Under the pieces are notes generated by a model. That model saw only the letters and a program-made list of their open reading frames with translations. It was not told where the DNA came from and did no database searches. Source: Bacteroidota bacterium (GTDB lineage: Bacteria > Bacteroidota > Bacteroidia > AKYH767-A > OLB10). Taken from it: DNA of 61,975 nt. Shown in pieces: positions 19,867 through 29,968 of this stretch (positions are counted from its first letter, which is position 1; the number at the start of each line of letters is the position of its first letter). The DNA lies in NCBI GenBank assembly GCA_046340555.1, contig JBKDSL010000023.1:1-61975 (forward strand), in the 5' to 3' direction. Position numbers and translations under genes: made by a program.

Positions 19867-20816
19867 TAATTTCTATGGCTGTTTTTTATGTAAGATGAGA
19901 TGTGTCGGTCTTTCTTGGAATCGTAAATGTCAGCAATAGTGACCAGGATTCCGGTTTCCTCCACATCTCCGAAATGGTTGTTTCGTGCAGTTCCGAAGGT
20001 TTTCATCGTGGCCGACAAATTCATATAAGAGTTAAACAAAGGCGGAATGTTTTCACCACGGTCGCGCACTTTGCTATTGAGTATTCTATGCGCCTCCTTA
20101 TAGGGCAACCCTGAGATTTCCGAAATGAAAGCTGAAACATCATGTTTCAAAGGGAGAGCCTCAATGGGTTCCACTAGTTTTTCATGATCTGGGAATAAAT
20201 GCCCCATGAATGATAAAATGTAATCACGTGCCAACCCGTCGAAATCGCTATACATGGTCACTTTGCCGAAGAAATACTTGATGTGCTTGTAATCAACAAT
20301 GATGGCCCCAAGTCCATCCCAAAGATTATCGAGCGAAAACAATCCTTTTCGGTTCTCAGCCGAAGGTTGGAATCGGGGTTGTACAAAAGATCTACCAAGT
20401 TCGATCGTATAGGGTAGGAAGTTGTGGATGAAGTTTTCTGAAAAGCTGAAAAGCTCGCAAGTAGCCAAATTGAAAACCCCTGCATCGTTTTTATCGGCCT
20501 TGGAACACTCAATGAAACGGTAACCTCCAACGATTTCTTTTTCCTCAGGACTCCAAACGATCAACTGGCTGTAAACGGAACCAATTAGATCAAAAGCGTC
20601 AAGGTCGCAGTCTAAACCCGTGCCACCTCCCGCATGTCTGAATGTCAATTCGCGCAATCTTCCTATTTCCCTTAAGGTGTTAGGTGCGTTATAGGCGTTG
20701 ACGATAAAAATTTGATTGGAGCCATTGTTGGTGTCGCGAACGAAAAGCTCACGTGTCAACTCCGCTTCCAGCAGAGTTCTATCTATCGGTGGTATCAGAT
20801 CCTTTATATGTTCCAC
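19866..20816 (-). CDS. GNAT-fold N-acyltransferase (hemolysin-like, OlsB/GlsB-type N-acyl amino acid synthase)
   Basis: 316 aa. The size, sequence style (LRELTFRHAGGGTGLDCDLDAFD) and adjacency to a PlsC-type acyltransferase fit the two-step N-acyl-amino-acid lipid pathway. Its TAA overlaps the engB ATG by 1 nt. Confidence 0.65.
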   Translation of the reverse strand: MEHIKDLIPPIDRTLLEAELTRELFVRDTNNGSNQIFIVNAYNAPNTLREIGRLRELTFRHAGGGTGLDCDLDAFDLIGSVYSQLIVWSPEEKEIVGGYRFIECSKADKNDAGVFNLATCELFSFSENFIHNFLPYTIELGRSFVQPRFQPSAENRKGLFSLDNLWDGLGAIIVDYKHIKYFFGKVTMYSDFDGLARDYILSFMGHLFPDHEKLVEPIEALPLKHDVSAFISEISGLPYKEAHRILNSKVRDRGENIPPLFNSYMNLSATMKTFGTARNNHFGDVEETGILVTIADIYDSKKDRHISSYIKNSHRN

Positions 20817-20828
20817 TGATGAACAGGG

Positions 20829-21671
20829 TTATTTATTAACCGGTCTTTGATTCGATAGCGAGTAAACCATGTTTTTTATTTTGTCGGCCCATTCACGATC
20901 ATTTGATGGATTCTCAAAGGCTGTGCTATCGATTGGTTTTCCAAAAGTAATGCGAATAGTTCTTCCCTTTTGTTTATACATCTCGTCGGGTAGGTAAAGC
21001 ATTTCGATATTGGCTTTTAAGCCCAACCTTTTTCTGATGTTGGATAGCTTGTAAAAGAATGCAGAGTTTTCACCGTCTATGAATGCGGGTATCACAGGGA
21101 TGCGGTTTTTTTTGGATTTGATGATGAAGCTTTTCCTCCATTCCAGATCACGAAGCAATCCGTTTTTTTTCCTTGATACCAATCCCGCTGGAAAGATCAG
21201 CACCCCCATTCCCGATGCATATAGCTCGTCCAAGTTTTTGTGTACTTGGGCATCATTCTTTCCATGTTTGTTTACTCCAATAAAAAGCCCTTTGAGGTTT
21301 ACCAGCTTAAGCAAGATGTCGTTTACAATAAATCGGACATCAGCCCTTTTTTTTCCAACACTTTGAATCAATGAAATAGCATCGAGTCCGCCCAATGGAT
21401 GGTTGGCTGCTACCACAAACCCTCCCGTTTCCGGGATATGTTCCAAGCCTTCAATTTCTACCTGTGCGCCGAATTCTGAAATTATGGCATCAATAAATTC
21501 AAAATCAAATCGATGGCCATTTCTATGAATAAAGCTGTTGATTTCCTCCTGATGTACAGTCTTTTTTAGCCAACTGAAGAATATTCTTGGGAGCATGGAA
21601 TAAAGCCCAGGGTTCTTGCTCTTAAAAACCGAGTCGATATCTATAAGTGATTTGTTTTCAGAGTTTTTCAT
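20829..21671 (-). CDS. PlsC-family (lysophospholipid-type) O-acyltransferase
   Basis: The ATG at 21671 gives MKNSENK... Contains the acyltransferase blocks VVAANHPLGGLD and LIFPAGLVSRK. Confidence 0.72.
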   Translation of the reverse strand: MKNSENKSLIDIDSVFKSKNPGLYSMLPRIFFSWLKKTVHQEEINSFIHRNGHRFDFEFIDAIISEFGAQVEIEGLEHIPETGGFVVAANHPLGGLDAISLIQSVGKKRADVRFIVNDILLKLVNLKGLFIGVNKHGKNDAQVHKNLDELYASGMGVLIFPAGLVSRKKNGLLRDLEWRKSFIIKSKKNRIPVIPAFIDGENSAFFYKLSNIRKRLGLKANIEMLYLPDEMYKQKGRTIRITFGKPIDSTAFENPSNDREWADKIKNMVYSLSNQRPVNK

Positions 21672-21887
21672 AATTCCATTCAGGCCGCTCAAAAATTCAA
21701 GGATTTCAAAAGTAGTGGATTTAAAATTATGGCTCGTTTGTTAATTTCCCCCACATTCTCCCACAATTGTATAAACTTACTATTTTTAATGAAACATATT
21801 AAAAATCAATTAGTATAAATGGGTCTATTTTCATAAACAGACTATGTTTTTGTGTAGCATGACATAATTTATCAACAAAAACCGCGT

Positions 21888-21907
21888 TAAGTGGTAAAAA
21901 GTGGAAA
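21888..21907 (+). promoter_or_regulatory. Candidate MraZ operator: direct repeats TAAGTGG-taa-AAAGTGG-aaa at 10-bp periodicity
   Basis: GTGG cores lie at 21891-21894 and 21901-21904, about 85-95 nt upstream of the mraZ ATG. They fit the repeated (A)AAGTGG / TGGGN-type boxes reported for MraZ. Confidence 0.45.
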
Positions 21908-21986
21908 TACTTTTTCTACCTTTACCCACCTTAAATGCTGAATGCTGTAGGTCAGTCATTTGAGGAGCAAAAACCGAAAGAGCGAA

Positions 21987-22445
21987 ATGCAACTAATTGG
22001 GGAATTTGAAGTTAAGGTTGACGACAAGGGCCGTATAATGGTCCCAGTCGGGCTGCGCCGTCAGCTCCCCACCGAAATGCAGGACCGCTTTGTGCTGAAC
22101 CGTGGATTTGAAAATTGTGTGGCCATGACACCATACCCATTATGGGTAAAAGAGTCTGAGCGTATCAACAAACTCAATTCAAACCGAAAGCTGGTGCGGG
22201 AATACCAAAGGTTTTTTGCGAATGGTGCCACCGAGTTGATTCTCGACAATTCCGGCAGGATGCTGATACCAAAGCATCTGCAGGAATGGGCGGGTCTTGG
22301 CAAGGAGGTGGTCATTTCTTCCTATGGCAGCAAGATTGAAATCTGGTCTAAAGACCGTTTCCGTACGCCTACATCCGAGGACGCTGAACGTTATGCCAAC
22401 CTCGCTGAGGAGATTTTCGGAAACGACAACACCGATGAGGTCTGA
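21987..22445 (+). CDS. mraZ: Transcriptional regulator MraZ
   Basis: The ATG at 21987 gives MQLIGEFEVKVDDKGRIMVP. A second SpoVT/AbrB-like repeat is present (LDNSGRMLIPKHL). It is the first gene of the dcw cluster. Confidence 0.92.
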   Translation: MQLIGEFEVKVDDKGRIMVPVGLRRQLPTEMQDRFVLNRGFENCVAMTPYPLWVKESERINKLNSNRKLVREYQRFFANGATELILDNSGRMLIPKHLQEWAGLGKEVVISSYGSKIEIWSKDRFRTPTSEDAERYANLAEEIFGNDNTDEV

Positions 22446-23347
22446 TGTCCTATCATGAACCCGTCATGTTGCGCGAGTGTTTAGACGCGCTGCAGTGTAA
22501 AAAGGACGGTGTTTATGTGGATGCGACTTTCGGCGGCGGCGGACATTCCAAAGCGATATTGAATGCTTTGGGAGAAAACGGCCGACTGTTGGCTTTCGAC
22601 CGAGATGAAGATGCTCTTGCTAATACGATTAACGATAGCAGGTTCACACTCATTAGAGACAACTTCAGCCACATGGAGCAACAACTCGGCCAAATCGGAA
22701 TACATCAGGTGGATGGTATCCTGGCCGACTTAGGAGTTTCTTCTCATCAATTCGATGTGGCCCAGAGGGGATTCTCCATTCGCTTTGAACACGATTTGGA
22801 TATGCGGATGGACAACAGGGAAAGCCTTACCGCATTGGAGATTCTGAATACCTACTCGGAAAAAGAATTGGTTTCTATTTTCTCGTTATATGGTGAAGTG
22901 CGCAATTCAAAAAGTCTTGCAGCGGCCATCGTCAAAAAAAGAGCCGAACAACAATTGACAGGTTCGGCCGACCTACGTAATTGTATCAAGCACCTAATGC
23001 CAGCCAAAGACGGCAATACATGGTTAGCACAAATTTACCAAGCGCTACGAATTGAAATCAATAACGAGTTGGATTCCCTGCGTGCTTTGCTTGACCAATC
23101 CAAAAAGTTGGTGAAAAGCGGAGGCCGCATAGCTATCATGTCTTACCATTCTTTGGAAGACCGCATGGTCAAGAACATGATCAATACGGGCAATGTGGAT
23201 GGAGAGGATCACCGTGATTTATATGGCAACAAAGTGGGTATGAGCTTTCATTCAATTGCACGAAAAGCCATAATTCCATCTCAGGAAGAAATAGAGAAAA
23301 ATCCGCGCTCACGAAGCGCCAAATTAAGGGTGGCCGAAAAAATTTGA
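22445..23347 (+). CDS. rsmH: 16S rRNA (cytosine1402-N4)-methyltransferase
   Basis: 300 aa. Contains HEPVMLRECLDAL, DATFGGGGHS and DLGVSSHQFD. Its start overlaps the mraZ stop (TGATG). Confidence 0.93.
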   Translation: MSYHEPVMLRECLDALQCKKDGVYVDATFGGGGHSKAILNALGENGRLLAFDRDEDALANTINDSRFTLIRDNFSHMEQQLGQIGIHQVDGILADLGVSSHQFDVAQRGFSIRFEHDLDMRMDNRESLTALEILNTYSEKELVSIFSLYGEVRNSKSLAAAIVKKRAEQQLTGSADLRNCIKHLMPAKDGNTWLAQIYQALRIEINNELDSLRALLDQSKKLVKSGGRIAIMSYHSLEDRMVKNMINTGNVDGEDHRDLYGNKVGMSFHSIARKAIIPSQEEIEKNPRSRSAKLRVAEKI

Positions 23348-23351
23348 ACGG

Positions 23352-23792
23352 ATGGTAAACAGGATCAGAAGCGAAGAGCAACAAGTTGCCTCCACTGCAA
23401 CTGCTAGCCACAACAAGGCTGGCGGCAGTAGGTTTATCCGGTTAATGTATGCATTCGGTATTTTCTCGAAGGAGGGCTTGGTCAAGGCAATGCCATTCGT
23501 TTTCTTTTTGATGTCTATTGCGCTTCTATATATAGCCAATAGCTACGAGGCCGAAAGGGTTATTAGGAACATCGACAAGACAGGTAAAGAGCTGAAAGCG
23601 CTCCGAACCGAATACATTTCGGTTAAGTCTGAGCTAATGTTCACAAGTAAACAGTCTGAAGTTGCACGAATGGCATCCTCTTTTGGAATCAGTGAATCCA
23701 AATCAGCGCCGATGAAAATCGTGGTGGCCGATAATAACAAACAAGAATCTGAACCTACCTTATGGGAGAAACTAAAAAGGATATTCTCGTAA
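23352..23792 (+). CDS. ftsL: FtsL-like cell-division protein (Bacteroidota type)
   Basis: 146 aa. One TM segment (AMPFVFFLMSIALLYIANSY) is followed by a coiled-coil-like segment. It occupies the position between rsmH and ftsI. The sequence itself is poorly conserved. Confidence 0.55.
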   Translation: MVNRIRSEEQQVASTATASHNKAGGSRFIRLMYAFGIFSKEGLVKAMPFVFFLMSIALLYIANSYEAERVIRNIDKTGKELKALRTEYISVKSELMFTSKQSEVARMASSFGISESKSAPMKIVVADNNKQESEPTLWEKLKRIFS

Positions 23793-25876
23793 GGGTTTAT
23801 ATCCTTTACGGCTTCATGTGTCTTTTTGGCCTGGCTATCATATTGAGGATATGGTACATCCAAAATGTGCGTGGTGAACAGTTGATTGCTTTGGCAGACA
23901 GCCTTACGACCAAAACCGCCATCATTGAGCCTTCGCGCGGAAACATATATTCTGCAGATGGTAGTTTGCTTGCAACCTCTGTACCAACCTACGATTTGTA
24001 CATGGATCTCCAGTTGGAAACCATTACCAACGATGTTTTCAAATCAGGACTCGACTCATTAGCAACAGGACTTTCAAGGATACTGGGCGACAAATCACCC
24101 AATGCATACAAGCAACTCTTGATTTCGGCAAGGAAGCCTGGTCCTGGCAAGCGGTATTTTCCTTTGAAGAAAAACGTTACTCATGCCCAACAAAAGAAGT
24201 TGTATGAATTACCTGTATTCCGATTAGGTAGATATAAAGGCGGACTAATCGCCGAAGTCAAAAACAAACGCGTTAAACCGTTCACCATTTTGGCCGATCG
24301 TACCATAGGATATAAGCTGGATGGTGTTGGATCCGTAGGTATCGAGGGAGCTTTTGATCAATATTTGAAGGGTAATACCGGTATTCGTTTGATGCAAAAG
24401 ATGTCGGGTAACGTATGGAAACCGCTCAATGATGAAAACGAGATTGAGCCGTTGGACGGCAATGATGTAATCACGACCATCGACTTGAATCTACAGGATG
24501 TGGCCGAAAGTGAATTGGAACGGCAGTTGGCAGGTCATAAGGCGGATAAGGGCTGTGCGATTTTGATGGAGGTGCAAACGGGTGCGATTATGGCCATAGC
24601 CAATCTTGAGCGTGGTTCAGATGGGGTATATAGAGAGACGTATAACTTCGGAGTTGGACAAAGCACAGAGCCTGGCTCTACTTTCAAGCTTGCTTCCATG
24701 ATGGCATTGATGGAGGATGGTTATGCCTCTCCAGATGATTCAGTCGACACCCAAGGCGGAATTATCAAATATTCAGGTAAGGAGATGAAAGACTCGAAAA
24801 CAGGAGGCTATGGAAAGATAACTCTCCAAAGCGTTTTCGAGCATAGCTCGAACGTGGGCATTTCGAAAATGGTTCAAAAGTATTATGCCAAAAGACCGCA
24901 GGAATTTGTCGATAGGATAAAGTCTTTTGGATTGGTTGACGATCTTGGATTGCAAATCACAGGAGAAGGCAGGCCATATATAAATAGCACCGAAAACAAA
25001 CTGTGGTCTCGAATTTCGTTGCCATTCATGTCAATTGGTTACGAATGTTCATTCACGCCATTGCAAATGCTAACCTTCTATAACGCTGTTGCCAACAATG
25101 GCAAAATGGTAAGGCCGCTTTTTGTCAAGGAAATCCGTAACAAGGGTACTGTTGTCAAATCATTCGGCACAGAGGTCATGCGCGAAAAAATCGCATCGGA
25201 TAAAACGTTGGAGAATGCCCGCAAGATGCTAGACGGCGTAGTCCAACAAGGTACAGCAACTATTTTGAAGCATGGTCAATACGGTATTGCCGGAAAAACC
25301 GGAACTGCCGTAATAGCCGCACAGTCCAAAGGATACAACAAGGATAACAAGAAATACCAAGCGACTTTCGTAGGATATTTTCCAGCTGACAAGCCTAGGT
25401 ACAGTTGCATTGTAGTGGTTTATGCACCCAACAACAATGTTTATTACGCATCACAAGTGGCGGCTCCTATTTTCAAGGAGATAGCCGACAAGGTTTATGC
25501 TACAAGCATCGAGATGCACCCCAACTTGGTTGCCAGTAATCAAAATGCAGGAAAGATGCCTTTGGTAAAGAGTGGAAATGCCCAAACGGCCGATTATGTA
25601 CTGAAAAAGGTTGGAGTCTCTAATTACACTGCAAAGCAAAATGGTGAATGGGTTACTGCAACGGTCACTGGAAACAATATTGAGTTGAAGCCTCGGGATG
25701 TGCAAGTCGGAAGTGTACCCGATGTAACTGGTATGGGTTTGCGTGATGCTGTTTTCCTTTTGGAAAGTAGCGGATTGAGCATTCGCGTAATGGGTAGGGG
25801 AGCTGTTCTCAAACAATCGATACCGGCAGGTACCAAAGTCGAAAAAGGAAAAGAAATAGTGATTCAGCTTGGATGA
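23762..25876 (+). CDS. ftsI: Peptidoglycan D,D-transpeptidase FtsI (PBP3-like) with a C-terminal PASTA domain
   Basis: 704 aa. N-terminal TM segment, PBP dimerisation domain, transpeptidase motifs STFK, SSN and KTGT, and a C-terminal VPDVTGMGLRDAVFLLESSGL... PASTA-like module. Confidence 0.9.
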   Translation: MGETKKDILVRVYILYGFMCLFGLAIILRIWYIQNVRGEQLIALADSLTTKTAIIEPSRGNIYSADGSLLATSVPTYDLYMDLQLETITNDVFKSGLDSLATGLSRILGDKSPNAYKQLLISARKPGPGKRYFPLKKNVTHAQQKKLYELPVFRLGRYKGGLIAEVKNKRVKPFTILADRTIGYKLDGVGSVGIEGAFDQYLKGNTGIRLMQKMSGNVWKPLNDENEIEPLDGNDVITTIDLNLQDVAESELERQLAGHKADKGCAILMEVQTGAIMAIANLERGSDGVYRETYNFGVGQSTEPGSTFKLASMMALMEDGYASPDDSVDTQGGIIKYSGKEMKDSKTGGYGKITLQSVFEHSSNVGISKMVQKYYAKRPQEFVDRIKSFGLVDDLGLQITGEGRPYINSTENKLWSRISLPFMSIGYECSFTPLQMLTFYNAVANNGKMVRPLFVKEIRNKGTVVKSFGTEVMREKIASDKTLENARKMLDGVVQQGTATILKHGQYGIAGKTGTAVIAAQSKGYNKDNKKYQATFVGYFPADKPRYSCIVVVYAPNNNVYYASQVAAPIFKEIADKVYATSIEMHPNLVASNQNAGKMPLVKSGNAQTADYVLKKVGVSNYTAKQNGEWVTATVTGNNIELKPRDVQVGSVPDVTGMGLRDAVFLLESSGLSIRVMGRGAVLKQSIPAGTKVEKGKEIVIQLG

Positions 25877-27339
25877 TGAAGCAGCTTCAGGAAATATTGT
25901 ATAAAGCAGGTTTATTGGAAGTGGTGGGCGATACTTCAGTCCACATAGGTGATATATGCTTCAATACGGATGATATCAAGCCTGGTGATCTTTTTGTGGC
26001 GGTAAGGGGTACTCGTGCAGATGGCCATGCATTTATTTCCGCTGCAGTTAAATCCGGTGCTATTGCTGTTGTTTGCGAAACGCTGCCCGCCACTCTCGCC
26101 GCTGGAGTTACATTCGTTAAGGTTGCGGATAGTTCAGTGGCTTTGGCGATCATGGCTGCCAATTATTACGATAATCCATCTGAAAAGTTGCATTTGGTTG
26201 GTGTTACAGGTACCAATGGCAAAACAACCTCTGTCACTTTGCTTTATCGGTTGTTTATGAACTTGGGAATGCCATGCGGTTTGTTATCTACGGTCGAGAA
26301 CCGGATCAATCAACAGGTGATTCCGGCTACTCACACAACACCTGATCCAGTTCGACTAAACAGGTTGCTTGCAATGATGGTCGAAGATGGCTGCAGCTAT
26401 TGTTTCATGGAGGTTAGTTCACATGCGGTCGTACAACACCGGATTACCGGTTTGGTGTTTGCCGGAGGATTATTCACCAATATCACACATGACCATCTTG
26501 ATTACCACAAGACTTTCGATGAGTACATAAAGGCTAAGAAGGGTTTTTTCGATATGCTTCCGGCATCATCCTTCGCGATTTATAACTCAGATGACCGCAA
26601 TGGTTCAGTAATGGTTCAAAATTGCAAGGGGAAGGCTATATCATTCGGATTGCGAGGCATGGCTGATTTCAAGTGCAAAGTTATTGAGAACTCATTCGGT
26701 GGATTGTTGCTTGCGTTGGATGGACATGAGTTGCTTTGCAGGCTTATCGGATCATTCAATGCTTATAATGTAACGGGTGTTTATGCAGTTGCAGTAATGC
26801 TAGGGCAGGATAAACTTTCAGTGCTTACAGCGCTTAGCAATCTGGAATCCGTCGAGGGCAGGTTTCAGTATGTGGTTTCTGCGAAACGGGTAACAGGAAT
26901 TGTTGACTATGCACACACCCCTGATGCGTTGATGAATGTCTTAAACACCATCAAAGACCTCCGTACCGGTAATGAAACCGTAATTACCGTCGTGGGTTGT
27001 GGTGGTGATCGTGATAAGGCCAAACGTCCTGTAATGGGAAAAATCGCCTCCGATATGAGCGATAAGGTGATTTTCACATCAGATAATCCAAGGTCGGAAA
27101 ATCCAGATGTGATCATAGATGAAATGCGCAAAGGGGTTTCGCCTGTGAATTTCAAGAAAACGATTGCAGTGCCAGATCGCAAAGAAGCTCTTAGGCTCGC
27201 ATGCAGCATGGCTGAACCCGGTGATATAATTCTTGTTGCTGGCAAGGGTCATGAGAAGTATCAGGAGGTTTCTGGCATTAAAACTCCTTTTGATGACAAG
27301 CAGGTTTTATTGGATTCATTCAAACTGATGGAAAGCTGA
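25873..27339 (+). CDS. murE: UDP-N-acetylmuramoyl-L-alanyl-D-glutamate--2,6-diaminopimelate ligase
   Basis: 488 aa. Contains the Mur ligase P-loop [10 protein letters not shown] and the DNPR motif (TSDNPRSE), which is diagnostic for meso-DAP-adding MurE. Confidence 0.92.
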   Translation: MMKQLQEILYKAGLLEVVGDTSVHIGDICFNTDDIKPGDLFVAVRGTRADGHAFISAAVKSGAIAVVCETLPATLAAGVTFVKVADSSVALAIMAANYYDNPSEKLHLVGVTGTNGKTTSVTLLYRLFMNLGMPCGLLSTVENRINQQVIPATHTTPDPVRLNRLLAMMVEDGCSYCFMEVSSHAVVQHRITGLVFAGGLFTNITHDHLDYHKTFDEYIKAKKGFFDMLPASSFAIYNSDDRNGSVMVQNCKGKAISFGLRGMADFKCKVIENSFGGLLLALDGHELLCRLIGSFNAYNVTGVYAVAVMLGQDKLSVLTALSNLESVEGRFQYVVSAKRVTGIVDYAHTPDALMNVLNTIKDLRTGNETVITVVGCGGDRDKAKRPVMGKIASDMSDKVIFTSDNPRSENPDVIIDEMRKGVSPVNFKKTIAVPDRKEALRLACSMAEPGDIILVAGKGHEKYQEVSGIKTPFDDKQVLLDSFKLMES

Positions 27340-28598
27340 TGCTGTATTACCTATTCGAATATTTAGATCGCGTTTTCGACATCCCCGGTGCTGGAGTTTT
27401 CCGGTTTATTTCATTCCGTGCGGCATTGGCTATAATTATTTCCTTGTTCATCACTTTGATTCTCGGTAAGCCAATCATACGCTTGCTCTTAAAAAAGCAG
27501 GTTGGTGAAACCATTCGTGATTTGGGTCTTGAGGGTCAAGCTCAAAAGAAAGGGACTCCTACAATGGGTGGCCTAATAATAATTTCCGCAATCCTGATAC
27601 CTACCATTTTGTTGGCAAGACTCGATAACATTTATATCCTGTTGATGATAGTCTCAACCTTATGGTTGGGATTCATCGGCTTCCTGGATGATTACATCAA
27701 GGTTTTCAAGAAGGATAAGGAAGGGCTTGCGGGCAGGTCAAAGATAATCGGCCAGGTAGGCTTGGGTTTGATTGTAGGGTCGGTACTTTATTTCCATAAT
27801 GATGTGGTTGTTCGCGATAATGTAATCCCGGCTGGTGGTCCTTCCATAACGCTCAATTCGGAGGCGGAATCCGAAATTCAGACGGGTCAGGGCGAGGCAA
27901 TGAAAACCAAGGATGTGAAATCCACAGCTACCACCATTCCATTCATGAAGAACAATGAGTTTGATTACCGGATGATTTCAGAGTGGTTGGGAGACAAGGC
28001 AGGAAAGTATGTTTGGATTATTTTCATATTGGCTGTAATTCTCATCGTGACTGCTGTGTCCAACGGAGCAAATATCACCGATGGAATTGATGGGCTAGCC
28101 ACTGGAACTTCTGCAATTATTGGAGTCACATTGGCGGTTTTTGCCTATGTATCCGGCAACACTATTTTCTCGGACTACTTAAACATCATGTACATTCCGA
28201 ACACAGGAGAGTTGATGGTGTTCATGAGCGCATTTGTAGGCGCTTGTGTAGGATTCCTTTGGTTCAATGCCTATCCTGCACAGGTTTTCATGGGGGATAC
28301 AGGTAGCTTGGCCCTCGGTGGAATAATAGCCGTTTTCGCTATCGCAATACGAAAGGAACTACTGATACCTGTACTCTGCGGAATCTTCCTCATAGAAAAC
28401 CTTTCTGTGATGATGCAGGTAAGTTATTTCAAATACACCAAAAGGAAATTCGGTGAAGGCAGAAGAATATTTCGCATGTCACCGCTACACCATCACTACC
28501 AGAAACTGGGATATCATGAATCCAAAATCGTAACCAGGTTTTGGATTGTAGGAATTATGCTGGCCGTATTGAGTATCGTAACATTGAAACTGCGCTAA
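27339..28598 (+). CDS. mraY: Phospho-N-acetylmuramoyl-pentapeptide transferase
   Basis: 419 aa polytopic membrane protein. Contains [32 protein letters not shown] and SPLHHHY. Confidence 0.93.
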   Translation: MLYYLFEYLDRVFDIPGAGVFRFISFRAALAIIISLFITLILGKPIIRLLLKKQVGETIRDLGLEGQAQKKGTPTMGGLIIISAILIPTILLARLDNIYILLMIVSTLWLGFIGFLDDYIKVFKKDKEGLAGRSKIIGQVGLGLIVGSVLYFHNDVVVRDNVIPAGGPSITLNSEAESEIQTGQGEAMKTKDVKSTATTIPFMKNNEFDYRMISEWLGDKAGKYVWIIFILAVILIVTAVSNGANITDGIDGLATGTSAIIGVTLAVFAYVSGNTIFSDYLNIMYIPNTGELMVFMSAFVGACVGFLWFNAYPAQVFMGDTGSLALGGIIAVFAIAIRKELLIPVLCGIFLIENLSVMMQVSYFKYTKRKFGEGRRIFRMSPLHHHYQKLGYHESKIVTRFWIVGIMLAVLSIVTLKLR

Positions 28599-28600
28599 TA

Positions 28601-29944
28601 ATGTCTAACAAGCCCAAAATGGTTATTCTAGGTGCTGGCGAAAGCGGGCTTGGAAGTGCTGTGTTGGCCTTGAAGAAGGGTTATGATGTGTTTGTGTCTG
28701 ATAGCGGTCCTATCAGGGAAACTTACAAGGACGAGTTCATACGCCGTGGAATTCCCTTTGAGGAAGGTAAACATAGCGTGGATCGTTTAGTGGATGCGGT
28801 GGAGGTTATCAAAAGCCCAGGTATTCCTGACAAGGCTCCTGTTGTTGTTAAAATGAAGGATGCCGGCATATCTGTTGTCTCCGAGATAGAATTCGCCGGT
28901 AGGCACACGAATGCACATAAGGTTTGTATAACCGGTACAAATGGCAAAACCACTACTACCCTGCTCACATACCATATACTACAAAAGGCTGGGCTAAACG
29001 TTGGTTTGGCTGGCAATGTGGGCAAAAGCTTTGCCATGCAAGTCGCGGAAGCGGAACGTGACTTTTATGTGCTTGAGCTTAGCAGTTTCCAATTGGATGG
29101 AATGTTTCAATTCAGGGCTGACACATCAATCCTGCTCAACATCACACCCGATCACTTGGACCGTTACGAATACCAGCTTTCCAAGTATGTCGATTCCAAG
29201 TTCAGGATACTTAACAACCAGCGGCCGCAAGATGCATTTATATACTGCGCTGATGATCCGATTTTAAATGGCGCGATGAAAGATAGACAGGTGACACCTT
29301 CATGTTATCCGTTTTCCATTACAAGTTCCGAGGGCATGGCAGCCTTCATTCAAAATGAAAACCTAGTCATAAACATAAAAAACCAAATCCTCGATATGTC
29401 TATCTACAACCTGGCCCTTCAAGGCAAGCACAATCTCTACAACACCATGGCTGCAGGAATTGCAGCAAGGATTCTCGACATACGCAAAGAAGTCGTTAGG
29501 GAGAGTTTTGCTGATTTCAAAAACGCCGAACATCGTTTGGAGCATGTAATGACCGTGCATGGTATTGAATTTGTGAACGATTCCAAGGCCACCAATGTCA
29601 ATTCCGCCTGGTATGCATTGGAGTGTATGCAAAAGCCTGTGATTTGGATTGTAGGTGGGGTTGACAAAGGCAATGACTACGAGACATTGCGTGAATTGGT
29701 AAAGTCTAAAGTAAAAGCCATTGTTTGCCTAGGCAAGGAAAACACTAAGATACATGAGGCGTTTTCGGATATCGTCTCCGATATTTCTGAAACAGCCTCC
29801 GCTATGGATGCGGTTCAAAAGTCTTACGAAAAAGGACGCAAGGGAGATGTAGTGCTGCTTTCACCGGCATGTGCAAGCTTTGATTTGTTCAAAAACTATG
29901 AAGACCGCGGTTGGCAGTTCAAAACAGCTGTCCGTTCACTTTAA
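28601..29944 (+). CDS. murD: UDP-N-acetylmuramoylalanine--D-glutamate ligase
   Basis: The ATG at 28601 gives MSNKPKMVILGAGESGLG. Contains the P-loop [10 protein letters not shown]. The 28541 N-extension overlaps mraY and was rejected. Confidence 0.92.
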   Translation: MSNKPKMVILGAGESGLGSAVLALKKGYDVFVSDSGPIRETYKDEFIRRGIPFEEGKHSVDRLVDAVEVIKSPGIPDKAPVVVKMKDAGISVVSEIEFAGRHTNAHKVCITGTNGKTTTTLLTYHILQKAGLNVGLAGNVGKSFAMQVAEAERDFYVLELSSFQLDGMFQFRADTSILLNITPDHLDRYEYQLSKYVDSKFRILNNQRPQDAFIYCADDPILNGAMKDRQVTPSCYPFSITSSEGMAAFIQNENLVINIKNQILDMSIYNLALQGKHNLYNTMAAGIAARILDIRKEVVRESFADFKNAEHRLEHVMTVHGIEFVNDSKATNVNSAWYALECMQKPVIWIVGGVDKGNDYETLRELVKSKVKAIVCLGKENTKIHEAFSDIVSDISETASAMDAVQKSYEKGRKGDVVLLSPACASFDLFKNYEDRGWQFKTAVRSL

Positions 29945-29968
29945 TCATAATACTTATTAATTATCAGA

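Noticed and set aside
25873-28598. Absence of murF and ddl from the dcw cluster (murE is directly followed by mraY), considered as a possible deletion
   Set aside because: The order mraZ-rsmH-ftsL-ftsI-murE-mraY-murD-ftsW-murG-murC-ftsQ-ftsA-ftsZ without murF/ddl is the usual Bacteroidota arrangement. murE and mraY overlap cleanly (TGATG) with no scar.
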